This document shows, in pieces, positions 1 through 9,206 of a stretch of 20,000 nucleotides of DNA. Position numbers and translations under genes: made by a program. Source of the stretch: an uncultured virus (IMG/VR IMGVR_UViG_3300047576_000059) (taxonomy: Duplodnaviria > Heunggongvirae > Uroviricota > Caudoviricetes); the IMG/VR virus record IMGVR_UViG_3300047576_000059, one strand, 5' to 3'. Every line of letters begins with the position of its first letter. Within the stretch, counting starts at the first letter, position 1. Under the pieces are notes generated by a model. That model was given only the letters and a program-made list of their open reading frames with translations, had not been told where the DNA came from and did no database searches.

Positions 1-48
1 TGAAAGAGACCCTGTCGCCACTGCTGCGCGATTCTTAGGAGAACGGCC

Positions 49-237
49 CTGACTGATTTCAACGTGATCGACGGGATGCGCCACGCCGTCAGATGTCCCT
101 ATCTGCGGACGCCGCGCGAACCGTGCGACTGCCATCCGCTGGACGAATCCAGGGCGATGCGAGGCGCGGATGTGCTGCGCATTTTCAAGCCGCTTCCCCA
201 GGATGAGGCCGACGCGCTGCGCGAGTACCTTCCGTAA
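49..237 (+). CDS. small hypothetical protein with H/C motif (HxxxC...CxC)
   Basis: Frame 1 is open to TAA at 235-237. AGGAGA at 37-42 precedes CTG49; GTG64 is an alternative start. Not in the ORF track. Confidence 0.35.
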   Translation: MTDFNVIDGMRHAVRCPYLRTPREPCDCHPLDESRAMRGADVLRIFKPLPQDEADALREYLP

Positions 238-238
238 C

Positions 239-3200
239 TTACGGCAGCCTCGCGCCGCCTTTTCTGGTCACCTGATTGCGAACGCCTGGCGTGCCCACGG
301 ACAGATAGCCATCGTTCTTCTTATTTCTGAGGGTCTGGATATGACGGAACATCGCCAGGGTGATCTTGAGCGCGTCGCCCTTTCGGCGCATGGCCTCGGC
401 CTTGGCCAATCGTTCGGCGACCGGATTGGCCTTATACTTGAACCAATAACTGTTTTCCGAGTTGAACCAGCGCGCGAAAATCTTACTGAAGTGATAATCG
501 ACCTGACCTTTGTCTCTTCCATTTTGGTTGATCTTGCCATAGGTATCGTAGGTCACTTTCACGACATGCGGCGTAGGCATGCGGAAATGATCCAGGCTAT
601 CTGGCTTATGATCGGCCACCCAATCCTTCATCTCGTCATCCATGCTGTCATCGATGAGAGTACTAACGTCCTTGCTACCGCTTGATAACAGGACCTGCAT
701 TACTTCGTTGCTGATCTTGTGGCCATCGCGTCTGATTTCCCCCACCATCTCCAACAGCTTATCGTATTTGTGCTCAGCGAGTTCGACCAGCCATTCATCG
801 ATCTTGTAGCTTCCGATTGTCTTGAAAAATCCCTTCGGCAACATCTGACCATTAGAACTTTCCCAGCTATGCCGATGGCCAATGACACCGTTGAGGAAGA
901 TGAGCGCCATTTTCTCTGCGGAGAAATTGTCGAAGTATGTCTTGATCACCTCTGGCTTATCGTGACCAATCGTGACCAACGTTTTGATGCCAAAATCATT
1001 CAGGTGTTGGCCGAGCAAGGCTGCTCTCTGATCATCTTCGGTGTCGGTGACCAGTTCATCCAACTGACCGTTGCGGATGATTTTATTGAAGATGGCCTCT
1101 TTGCCAGCGGCTTGCGCGGCGGCTTCGTATTTCTTGTACTGGTCCGACTCAGGATCAGTTCGTGACTGGAATACCGGATTATTCCATTTGCTTCTCTTGT
1201 CCACCAGACCATAGCCTCTGATGTCACGGTTCATCAGGGCCTGAATGAGCCTCAGATCATCGTCGCTGAACAGCCGCTCGATGATCGGCTGTGGAATATT
1301 TGGCACCTCGACCAGCAGATCGGGAAATTCCTCGTACACGAAACTCAACAGTTCAACCGAGGGATTCTTGGTTTTCTTGAGCACGTAGCGGGTGGCCTCC
1401 TCGTTGTTGGCCTCCTTGAGCATGTTCATCAGCGTGTCTTTACCGGGCTTGAACCGTTTGAACGCCTTGACGGTGAAATCATTCTTGTAGCCTGATGGGA
1501 CCCGCTTGCTCGCCCAGACATTGCGCAGCGCCTCGAACACTTTCTCCTTGTCCAGCTTGCCCTTGAGGTCGCCCCAGAGATAAGTTTCCCTATGATGATA
1601 CTTGGTCGGTATGGCGGATGCCGCCATGACATCGGGAACAAGCTCTGGCGCGTTGTTGACGAGCAAACTGAAATAATCACCGCGATAAGTATTGCGGATG
1701 AGACCGACGATGTCATTGACCCGCAGCTTGTGAAGGTTCCTGACGAATTCCTCGCTGCCGCGTGGCCCTTGATCATTGTTCCTGTACGGATTGTAATCAC
1801 TCCTGTCAGTCGAACGCGCCCGCATGGCATCTTTATCGATATGACTGACCGCGACTTCGAACGCGCGACTCTTGCCGAGTTTGGTGAAGGCTTGTTGCGC
1901 GGCCACGAATTTCGGGCTCGTCGGATCAAGGTGCGCGACATCGGATGTATTGGGTTCGCGGATCACGGCTTCGACGTTCTTGAGAAAACGTTCAATCGCT
2001 TCACGCGCGTGTGCATGCTTGGCTTCGATCTGTTCCTTATCGGTCAGCTTCCTGTTGTAGTGGATTTGCTTTTTTGGCACATGAGTGGCAGTTGAGTTCT
2101 TCTTGTCCGTCACCATGCGGTAGTCTTTTTTGATCGTCGGAATGGCTTCTGGTCTCAGCGTTTCCATCACCAATGGAAAAATCTCTGGAGCGATGACCTG
2201 TACGGGTTTTAGACGGTCGCCGAAGTGTCGATTACCATCGCGGCCTGTGTTATCCTTGTCAAACAAATATTTCTGAAACTCGAAGCTTGGATTCGGTTCT
2301 TCCGCCAGGTAGAGATTGGTGAATTCATCATTATTGACCGATTCAAGCGCTCGTTCCGTGGTTGGTTGCGACAACGACGCCGGTACTTCTTTTCTGATCG
2401 CGAGGATGAGAAACATCTTCAGCGTGACATTGCTGATCGTGTCGAGCAACTCATCCACGGTGCCCGCGTCCGGTTTGGCGTAGCCGATGATGAAATCGGT
2501 GATCTTCTTGGTCTTCTCCTTGTCGGCGTAGTAGCTGCGCCCCAGACCCTCGCAGGCGCTGATCAGGTCTTCGCCGGACATCTTGTAGCCCAGCTTGATC
2601 AGGTGCCGCATGGCTTCTTCCGGCAACCAATAGAACGCTTCGCGGATCATTTGTTGGTTGAGATCACCGAAGTCGCCATTCTGCCCGACGAACAGGAAGA
2701 ACGGACCCGCCGCGCGTTGGTTTTCCGAATTGAGTTCGCGCTCGATGGCTTCCTCGCCGCCTTGCAACAGCATGTCGCTATAGATGTTCGGCATGGCCTG
2801 AGACAGCGCCGTGACGAACGCCGCGTCCTTGGGTTGCTGATGACGACCGGAGCCACTATTTGTTTCGAGGTGCTGGATGATGGCGGCGCAGACCGAGGCA
2901 TCCGGTTTGGTAATGATCAACAACGGTTTATAGAGATTGGCGGCTGTTTCTGGCATGGCCTGGAACGCCTTCACCAATTGCGCGCTGGTGAATTTGTTGC
3001 CATAGTGTTCAACAACCGGGACCGCGTGTTCTGGCATGTTGGCGAACACATATTCGATCACCTTGTCGGACAATCGGGAAGTGCCGTAGAGCGAGGTGAA
3101 CAATCCAAGCGACATATCCGCCTGGGCTTCTTCCTCATGCCAGGAGCGTCTTTGTCCGGTCCCTTCATAATTCTGAAGGAGCTTCTCGCCTTCCGCGTTG

Positions 3201-4000
3201 TCCGGATCGAGGATCATGTCCTTGAACTGATCCTGCGTCATGGTGACGGACTCGTCACCATTCCAGATACGCAGCAACCCGACATTGCGATGATCGCCTT
3301 CGACCGTCACGCCGTAGTCCGCGAAGAACTCCCTCAGCATCGGCCAGTAGCGGCGCACGGGAGCGCGGTTGCCCTTCCCCTTGATCTGCGCCGTCTTTTT
3401 GTCCGAATTCATCTGGATGGTCGCGTGAGGCTCGTTGTTGGCGTCACGCAGGCTGAAGATATGGCCTTGACCGTTGCCCACGAAACTCGCGTAGGAGCCG
3501 CCGCCCACGCAGTGACCCATCCCCGCGCCTTCCTTGGCGAGGGCGTTCTGTCCCAACAGATCGACCATCCGGTAGCCACCTGGAAATTCCATGAGCGTTT
3601 TGACCTGTTTGGGATCGTCCGGCAGCTTCTTCGCCTGGGCGTTCATTTGCTTGACCCAGAGGTCAGCCGCCTGCACGACGTTCTGGACGCTCATGCGCTC
3701 AAGCCGGGGTATCTCCGGCTTGCTGTCGAAGAAGTCCATGATGTGTTCTAATTCGCCCTCGGTTCTGGGATTGAGGCGAATGTCGTATAAATCCTGGAAC
3801 GAAAAGGCTTTCTTCTGCTTCTCGGTCGCGTTGACCGGCAGATAGGGCAGCTTGTGGAGATTTTCCTGTGATTTGGTCAGCCAGTTGGCGTAGTTCGTGC
3901 GCAGCCATTGCTTCGCCGCGTCATTCGGCGCGCGAGCGATCCACGGGGCTAATACGACATCGACGGGCGAATGGAGCACGACTTCTAACAGACTAACCAT
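239..4000 (-). CDS. large PcfJ-like domain protein with long, probably helical-repeat C-terminus
   Basis: PcfJ-family motif LAKEGAGMGHCVGG..Y...IFSLRD....PHATIQ...QIKGKGN. Start moved from TTG4042 to ATG4000 because a TAAATA promoter (4026-4031) and hairpin lie just upstream. Confidence 0.8.
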   Translation of the reverse strand: MVSLLEVVLHSPVDVVLAPWIARAPNDAAKQWLRTNYANWLTKSQENLHKLPYLPVNATEKQKKAFSFQDLYDIRLNPRTEGELEHIMDFFDSKPEIPRLERMSVQNVVQAADLWVKQMNAQAKKLPDDPKQVKTLMEFPGGYRMVDLLGQNALAKEGAGMGHCVGGGSYASFVGNGQGHIFSLRDANNEPHATIQMNSDKKTAQIKGKGNRAPVRRYWPMLREFFADYGVTVEGDHRNVGLLRIWNGDESVTMTQDQFKDMILDPDNAEGEKLLQNYEGTGQRRSWHEEEAQADMSLGLFTSLYGTSRLSDKVIEYVFANMPEHAVPVVEHYGNKFTSAQLVKAFQAMPETAANLYKPLLIITKPDASVCAAIIQHLETNSGSGRHQQPKDAAFVTALSQAMPNIYSDMLLQGGEEAIERELNSENQRAAGPFFLFVGQNGDFGDLNQQMIREAFYWLPEEAMRHLIKLGYKMSGEDLISACEGLGRSYYADKEKTKKITDFIIGYAKPDAGTVDELLDTISNVTLKMFLILAIRKEVPASLSQPTTERALESVNNDEFTNLYLAEEPNPSFEFQKYLFDKDNTGRDGNRHFGDRLKPVQVIAPEIFPLVMETLRPEAIPTIKKDYRMVTDKKNSTATHVPKKQIHYNRKLTDKEQIEAKHAHAREAIERFLKNVEAVIREPNTSDVAHLDPTSPKFVAAQQAFTKLGKSRAFEVAVSHIDKDAMRARSTDRSDYNPYRNNDQGPRGSEEFVRNLHKLRVNDIVGLIRNTYRGDYFSLLVNNAPELVPDVMAASAIPTKYHHRETYLWGDLKGKLDKEKVFEALRNVWASKRVPSGYKNDFTVKAFKRFKPGKDTLMNMLKEANNEEATRYVLKKTKNPSVELLSFVYEEFPDLLVEVPNIPQPIIERLFSDDDLRLIQALMNRDIRGYGLVDKRSKWNNPVFQSRTDPESDQYKKYEAAAQAAGKEAIFNKIIRNGQLDELVTDTEDDQRAALLGQHLNDFGIKTLVTIGHDKPEVIKTYFDNFSAEKMALIFLNGVIGHRHSWESSNGQMLPKGFFKTIGSYKIDEWLVELAEHKYDKLLEMVGEIRRDGHKISNEVMQVLLSSGSKDVSTLIDDSMDDEMKDWVADHKPDSLDHFRMPTPHVVKVTYDTYGKINQNGRDKGQVDYHFSKIFARWFNSENSYWFKYKANPVAERLAKAEAMRRKGDALKITLAMFRHIQTLRNKKNDGYLSVGTPGVRNQVTRKGGARLP

Positions 4001-4025
4001 ATGGGAATCCAAGAGTGTTTTCCCA

Positions 4026-4031
4026 TATTTA
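4026..4031 (-). promoter_or_regulatory. late promoter TAAATA overlapping 9-bp hairpin (3999-4028)
   Basis: Same motif recurs upstream of 7 other genes; resembles the T4 late promoter TATAAATA. Confidence 0.65.
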
Positions 4032-4038
4032 TGGAAAG

Positions 4039-4485
4039 TCAATCAGGATCGGTGCTTTCCAATCGCTCCGGTTTCGGAAACGCCGTCTCCATCCATTCGT
4101 CGCGAAACTTGATGGCTTCCTCACGCGTGGCGAACGGCGTCACGCCATCGGGGAGGAACCGGTGGTCACTCGGATCATGCTCGAAATTGTAGGAGATTTT
4201 GATTTTGTCGGGATAACGTTTGTCCATCCAGATGGAGATGGTCTCAACGATCACTTTGACCGGTTCGCGTCCATAGGTCATCCACCAGACCCAGACCTCG
4301 GAGCCAACCGGAAACGGAACGTGGATGCGCATCGGAGCCGGAGTTTCGTCCAGAATTTCGGCCAACTGTTCATGATGAACCGAAAACTCGGCATCATCCC
4401 CGATGTCGGTGCTGACCCGCCAATAATCGCCGTCCTGTCTCAGGAGACGCACTGGCATTAGCGCCGTGTCATTGGGTTTGAACAT
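4039..4485 (-). CDS. hypothetical protein
   Basis: 148-aa ORF tightly packed in the minus-strand gene run. Confidence 0.7.
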   Translation of the reverse strand: MFKPNDTALMPVRLLRQDGDYWRVSTDIGDDAEFSVHHEQLAEILDETPAPMRIHVPFPVGSEVWVWWMTYGREPVKVIVETISIWMDKRYPDKIKISYNFEHDPSDHRFLPDGVTPFATREEAIKFRDEWMETAFPKPERLESTDPD

Positions 4486-4888
4486 TTTTCGCCTCTTCTA
4501 CTCGTTTCGCGTCGCGTCGTTCTCGCTTCCGTTGCCTGCTGATCTCCATCCGGTTTTTCTTGCTGATCATGATACCGACGATGATGGCGGCGGCTTTCTT
4601 GTCCATGTTGCGCCGTTCACCTTCAATGATCGCCATCATCAGCAGACCGGTGCAATGCCCAAAGTAGCCTCGCAGTCTATTGCAGTCAACGCAGCACGGC
4701 CTCTTGTTGAAGCGGTCCATGTCCAGACGAGGCGAGAATCTGCCAATGGATTTCGGCAGGATGTGATCGATGGTGCGTGCCCGTCGATCTCCCGAATCAT
4801 GAGAGCCTTGCATGAACGTGCCGCAGTAGTAGCAGAAATCAAGCTCCGCCCGCGAGACGGGGACACGCTCCAGATATTGACTTTTCAT
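4469..4888 (-). CDS. HNH endonuclease-family protein
   Basis: CYYCG...RTIDHILPKS...NKRPCCVDCN zinc-binding HNH pattern; start at ATG4888 (MKSQY) assumed. Confidence 0.75.
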   Translation of the reverse strand: MKSQYLERVPVSRAELDFCYYCGTFMQGSHDSGDRRARTIDHILPKSIGRFSPRLDMDRFNKRPCCVDCNRLRGYFGHCTGLLMMAIIEGERRNMDKKAAAIIVGIMISKKNRMEISRQRKRERRDAKRVEEAKNVQTQ

Positions 4889-4925
4889 CGCCCAATCTGC
4901 GCTGCCGCCTCCGCGCCCCACGTTA

Positions 4926-5315
4926 TCAGTCGACGTTGTAGAAGCGCAGGATGGCGCGCACCTTGTCCTCGATTTCGCCGACCAGCGGACCCACCAGCCT
5001 CAGACACAGGCTGTGCTGACCGTCCAACAAGGCGCGGATCGCCACCGTCGCCGAAATCGCGTCGGGATTGCGTAGAGAATTCAAGACGGTCTCGTCATGG
5101 TCTTCGGTTGGTTCATACTCGATACGGTACCAATCACCGTCGCGAGTACGATGGTCGCTGACCACGACCTTGCATCCCGCCTCCTTGTAGGCTGGTGACA
5201 TGTGTCGTTCGCCGTGACGTTGCGCTTCATCGCGCGTCATCCGGTGATTCATCCATTCGTGGCCGATCTTGACGAGCAGACGTTCAGTCATTGATCCGAC
5301 CACCGGTTTTGACAT
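4926..5315 (-). CDS. hypothetical protein
   Basis: 129-aa ORF in the same operon-like run. Confidence 0.65.
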   Translation of the reverse strand: MSKPVVGSMTERLLVKIGHEWMNHRMTRDEAQRHGERHMSPAYKEAGCKVVVSDHRTRDGDWYRIEYEPTEDHDETVLNSLRNPDAISATVAIRALLDGQHSLCLRLVGPLVGEIEDKVRAILRFYNVD

Positions 5316-5719
5316 ACTCTAGGAAACTGGTCTCGCCCGTCCACGATTTCCTCGCCGAGTCCTTCGCCTTGATCAACGTCGAACAGTTTTCGCACCTCGG
5401 CGTACCGTGGATTGTCCGAGAAGATGGCTGGTTCAGCCTCGAATTGCATGGTGCCCTGCATCACCGAGATGTGTCCGTACATGGTCAACTCGATGAAATA
5501 GAGGCGTCCATCATCGCCATCGACGATGCGCACCTGGTTCGCGTAGGTGAGCACCTTGGGGGTGGTGTGCCTGCCGGATTTCGGATCAATGGTGACCCGC
5601 GTGCCGCGCTGCTTGCCACGGGCGTTGGTCTCCACCCGAAACGTCGCCGTCGCCCGCTGCGACCCAAACGGCCAGTTGGGGATCACGGCTTCCATGCGAG
5701 GATTGCTATAGACCGTCAT
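5288..5719 (-). CDS. hypothetical protein
   Basis: GGAGGA RBS before ATG5719 (MTVYSNP), directly after the stop of the upstream gene. Confidence 0.7.
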   Translation of the reverse strand: MTVYSNPRMEAVIPNWPFGSQRATATFRVETNARGKQRGTRVTIDPKSGRHTTPKVLTYANQVRIVDGDDGRLYFIELTMYGHISVMQGTMQFEAEPAIFSDNPRYAEVRKLFDVDQGEGLGEEIVDGRDQFPRVCQNRWSDQ

Positions 5720-5720
5720 G

Positions 5721-6071
5721 TTATTCCTCCACCCTGCGGGAAACGTACCGATGCGATGGAGCCTGTGCCTGCCACTTTTGCGCGGCGGCAATCGCCCCTT
5801 CCAGGGTTCCGTCAACTTCCCGGTTCCTGGAGCTAAAGATCAGCCCGAAATTCTGCAAGCCGCTGGCGTAACGAACGCTGTAGCCATAGCTGCTCTCGAC
5901 GATCTCGGCCTCGATATAACCCAGACCCGACATCCTGATCTGAAAAGCGACAAGGGTTTGGCTGTCGAAGCACCCCGGCATCTTCAGGGACGGCAGGACT
6001 TGTTCCGCCTTCAGCGTGGCGATCTTGTCCGCAACGTCCTGGCCAGCAACGAAGATACGCTTGGAAGCCAT
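5721..6071 (-). CDS. hypothetical protein
   Basis: GGAG RBS; lies downstream of sigma70-like promoter repeat copy 1. Confidence 0.7.
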   Translation of the reverse strand: MASKRIFVAGQDVADKIATLKAEQVLPSLKMPGCFDSQTLVAFQIRMSGLGYIEAEIVESSYGYSVRYASGLQNFGLIFSSRNREVDGTLEGAIAAAQKWQAQAPSHRYVSRRVEE

Positions 6072-6102
6072 TGGAATACTCCGTGGTTCGATTTGGTCAC
6101 GA

Positions 6103-6130
6103 TACCACGGATTTGAGTTCTGTCAAGAAA
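6103..6130 (-). promoter_or_regulatory. sigma70-type early promoter, copy 1 of 28-bp direct repeat
   Basis: Minus strand TTGACA-N16-TATCGT; identical 28 bp at 6488-6515. Confidence 0.7.
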
Positions 6131-6131
6131 G

Positions 6132-6455
6132 TCAGAGGTCGATTCCACCTTTTTTCAAATCATGCCCCCTCGCGCTAAATTCAGCACGGACGATGGAACG
6201 AACCAATTCCTCGACAAGCAGTTTGTCCAAGATAGTATCCAGCACGGTAATGACGTTCTCATGATCATTCATTCTGGCGATCATCTTGCCCAATCGAGAT
6301 TCCATGGCGTAATGATAGCCGCATCCCATGTAGCTTTTGCCTCTCAGTGCGAACACCCGAGTCGCAAGGCGTGGCACATGTTTGTTGATCCGACGCCGCC
6401 AATCGTAATGTTTTTTGGCTTTCTCTGGATCAATGGTCTCCGACATGTAACCCAT
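6132..6455 (-). CDS. hypothetical protein
   Basis: 107-aa ORF filling the gap between the two promoter repeats; GGAG upstream. Confidence 0.65.
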   Translation of the reverse strand: MGYMSETIDPEKAKKHYDWRRRINKHVPRLATRVFALRGKSYMGCGYHYAMESRLGKMIARMNDHENVITVLDTILDKLLVEELVRSIVRAEFSARGHDLKKGGIDL

Positions 6456-6487
6456 CTGAGTAATGCGCTCCGTTGGTGTTTCGAAGT

Positions 6488-6515
6488 TACCACGGATTTG
6501 AGTTCTGTCAAGAAA
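6488..6515 (-). promoter_or_regulatory. sigma70-type early promoter, copy 2 of 28-bp direct repeat
   Basis: Minus strand TTGACA-N16-TAACTT; identical to 6103-6130. Confidence 0.7.
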
Positions 6516-6517
6516 TC

Positions 6518-6844
6518 TCAGGCTTCGGCGACGAAGATAATTCGACCTTTGATTTCTGGCCCATCATAGAAATATTCACCGGGGTTGTGGGCTTCATAGA
6601 CATCTTTTGCCAACACCATTACACGCAATACGTGCGCGTTCTCTCCCTCGACGACAGCGACATGTTGGGCGTGGCCTATCGCCCAGTTTTGGTTGCGGGT
6701 CACGTAATCCATCGAATGAAGCATCATCTCGGTCGTCACCACGGCGCGATAGATGACGACGTATTTTTCTTTATAGCCGGTTTCCGGCAGGCATTTGCCC
6801 CTCTCACTTCGGCGATCTTCATTGAGGATTTCGTTGATTAGCAT
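6518..6844 (-). CDS. small protein, possible ADP-ribosyltransferase-like fold, with MLINEILNE N-terminus
   Basis: VIYRAV...DYVT...WAIGHA...EYFY resembles phage/polyvalent-protein ART-like domains (by eye). Confidence 0.5.
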   Translation of the reverse strand: MLINEILNEDRRSERGKCLPETGYKEKYVVIYRAVVTTEMMLHSMDYVTRNQNWAIGHAQHVAVVEGENAHVLRVMVLAKDVYEAHNPGEYFYDGPEIKGRIIFVAEA

Positions 6845-6852
6845 CGTGATAC

Positions 6853-9144
6853 TCAGTAGTTGTTGACAACTGATTTGCTGGCTCCGCTGCCACCATCGCT
6901 GATCGCGCCACTGCCATTGATGTTATTCAGGGTAATGACATAGCGGTTGCTCGCGCCGGTCGCCACCGTGACACTGCCGGTATTGAACCCCCAGACCTCC
7001 GAGGTTCCAAGAGCATTACCGATGATGCTGAAATCAGTGACGTTGGCGGATATCTGGATCGCCGAACCACTTGAACCATAAATCTGGTTCTCGGTGATGA
7101 TCGTGTTGACCCCGGCGTCGATCTGAATGCCATAGGGAACATTGGCGATCTGGCAACCACGAATGGTCGCGTCACCCGAGAAACCGGTGGTCAGATTGAT
7201 GCCATCGGATACCGCCTCGCAGGAATTCGCGTAGGTCAGGTTCTCGATCAACAGGCCAGCACCCGAAGTGGCTCTCAGACCAAATTCGAGATAACTGTCG
7301 CAATCGGAATCGGTGATGGTGTTCTTCTGGGGTCCGGTTCCGGCCAGTGTATTGGTCAGATAGATGCCGCCACGATAGGCACCCGACATGTCGCAATGAT
7401 GGAAATAGTTGACATTCGCGCCGGTATCGAGATTGACCGCCACCGTTCCGGTGCCGCAGGCGGTTTGCCAGGTCACGCCATTATCGATGATATTGGAACC
7501 AAACTGTAATGGTGTTGGCGCGGTGCTTCCCGAAGTGCCACCCGAGACGCATTGCAGATAATAGCCGCCCGTCGAGCAAACTTGATTCTGACTATAAGAA
7601 TGTGACGCGACCCAGGCTCCGGTCAGTTGTGAGGCGACGGGTGCGACATTGGTTGGCCAGACCTGATCGATCTTGACTCGCTCGAAGAAACATGCTCCGG
7701 CGTTCTGCACCACCACTGAAGCGGTGCCACTGGAGTTGTAGATTTTATCGCGGGTGAAACAATTATCCGCCGCGCCACCGTTCACCAACAGCGGAATGTA
7801 GCCACCCGTGATGTTGCAATCGGTGATTTTACTTTCGACGCATCCGTTGAATTGCACGGTTGGCATCGTGTTGATCGCGAGATGTGGATCATCGATCCAC
7901 ATGTTCTCAAAGGCGATGGCACCGCCAATGACTTCGAACATGCCGACGCCAGCCGTCAGCGCCTGAAGCAGAGTATTCTGCGTACTATGTCCGGCGAGCC
8001 GGAGGCCGGTGGTGTCGATGACCAGTTTTGTTCCGGTACGATAATATCCGGTTGGAAAAATCAGCGGGCTGATGCCAACTGCTGTGCAATAAGTTATCGC
8101 GTTCTGAAGCGCCGTGTAGTCATTCGTCGTACCGTCACCCTTGGCACCGAACCATTTCACAGATATTCCATCTTTGATACTAAAACGATACCAACTTCTG
8201 CTCGACGCGTCATTGAAGATCGTGCCACCATTATCGGTCGTGCTGCTGCCGATGAAGAGCAATCCTTCACCGCCATCCTGCGCGCCGTAATATCCTTCGA
8301 GGTACACGAGACCTTCTGGATTGGTGCTGCTGGTGATCGCGCGCAGCGCGGTGACATTGGCGACCACTCCGCGTCCCGCCAGGGCTTGCGCGATCTCCGT
8401 CGTGCTGGCCGCGATCACGGGTGTCATCGCCGAGGAAACCGCGACGCTGGGACCTGTTGGGCCGGTGGGTCCGACGACCGTGGAGGCCGCGCCAACGGCT
8501 CCCGTGGGTCCGACCGGTCCCGTGGGTCCCGTGGGTCCGATGACCGTGGAGGCCGCCCCCGTGGGTCCGGTGACCGATGGGCCAGTGGCACCTGTTGGTC
8601 CGGTTGGGCCTGGTACCGTTGAATTCGCGCCGGTCACGCCAATGGGGCCGCGTGATCCGGTCGGGCCTGTCCATCCCGTGGGTCCGGTGATGGTTGAAAC
8701 CGCTCCGGTGGGTCCAAGGGCTCCGGTTGGTCCCGTGGGTCCGGTGTAGCCCGTCGCTCCGGTCGATGAGGCGTTGCCTGGTAAACCCGTGGGTCCGGTT
8801 GGTCCCGTGGGTCCGGTATGACCCGTCGCCCCGGTCGATGAGGCGATGCCCGGTGCGCCCGCCGCCCCGGTTGGGCCGGTGGGTCCGACCACCGTGCCAT
8901 CCGACGAAATCGTGATGTTCCCGTTATTAAGATTGAACAGGATGCCGGGACCGTTGAGAATATTTCTCAGGGTCACGATGACACTGCCAGAATTTTGCGA
9001 CACCGAACTGAATAACTGGAGTCCGGTCGACGGCGTCTGGATCACGAAGCTCGAAAGCGTTTGCGAAATACCGCTCGCCTGCGTCGGTGACGTGGACGTG
9101 AACGTTACATTTCCGCTGAAATTCCCAGAACCAACCGTGGGCAT
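6853..9144 (-). CDS. tail fibre/tailspike: collagen-like stalk plus pectate-lyase-like beta-helix (putative depolymerase)
   Basis: GPT repeats; [23 protein letters not shown]...IFPTGYY beta-helix cap; G-x-x-I/N repeats; TAAATA upstream. Confidence 0.85.
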   Translation of the reverse strand: MPTVGSGNFSGNVTFTSTSPTQASGISQTLSSFVIQTPSTGLQLFSSVSQNSGSVIVTLRNILNGPGILFNLNNGNITISSDGTVVGPTGPTGAAGAPGIASSTGATGHTGPTGPTGPTGLPGNASSTGATGYTGPTGPTGALGPTGAVSTITGPTGWTGPTGSRGPIGVTGANSTVPGPTGPTGATGPSVTGPTGAASTVIGPTGPTGPVGPTGAVGAASTVVGPTGPTGPSVAVSSAMTPVIAASTTEIAQALAGRGVVANVTALRAITSSTNPEGLVYLEGYYGAQDGGEGLLFIGSSTTDNGGTIFNDASSRSWYRFSIKDGISVKWFGAKGDGTTNDYTALQNAITYCTAVGISPLIFPTGYYRTGTKLVIDTTGLRLAGHSTQNTLLQALTAGVGMFEVIGGAIAFENMWIDDPHLAINTMPTVQFNGCVESKITDCNITGGYIPLLVNGGAADNCFTRDKIYNSSGTASVVVQNAGACFFERVKIDQVWPTNVAPVASQLTGAWVASHSYSQNQVCSTGGYYLQCVSGGTSGSTAPTPLQFGSNIIDNGVTWQTACGTGTVAVNLDTGANVNYFHHCDMSGAYRGGIYLTNTLAGTGPQKNTITDSDCDSYLEFGLRATSGAGLLIENLTYANSCEAVSDGINLTTGFSGDATIRGCQIANVPYGIQIDAGVNTIITENQIYGSSGSAIQISANVTDFSIIGNALGTSEVWGFNTGSVTVATGASNRYVITLNNINGSGAISDGGSGASKSVVNNY
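8450..8890 (-). repeat. collagen-like (G-P-T)n coding repeat
   Basis: Repeated gtgggtccggt units encoding GPTGPTG. Confidence 0.85.
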
Positions 9145-9173
9145 TGCTTAAAATCCAAAAATATTCTAAGCAA

Positions 9174-9179
9174 TATTTA
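9174..9179 (-). promoter_or_regulatory. late promoter TAAATA with hairpin 9143-9174 covering the AUG
   Basis: Motif plus ATTGCTTA/TAAGCAAT inverted repeat. Confidence 0.7.
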
Positions 9180-9206
9180 GTTGGATCAGTGCAGTCGTCT
9201 TAAATC

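Noticed and set aside
170..3845. Long plus-strand ORFs, e.g. 2225-3751 (508 aa)
   Set aside because: Antisense shadows of the GC-rich PcfJ gene; no recognisable motifs or RBS
8450..8890. Tandem short repeats as a possible CRISPR array or DGR
   Set aside because: Degenerate 9-nt units encoding Gly-Pro-Thr; no spacers, no adenine-specific TR/VR pair, and no cas or RT gene in the window
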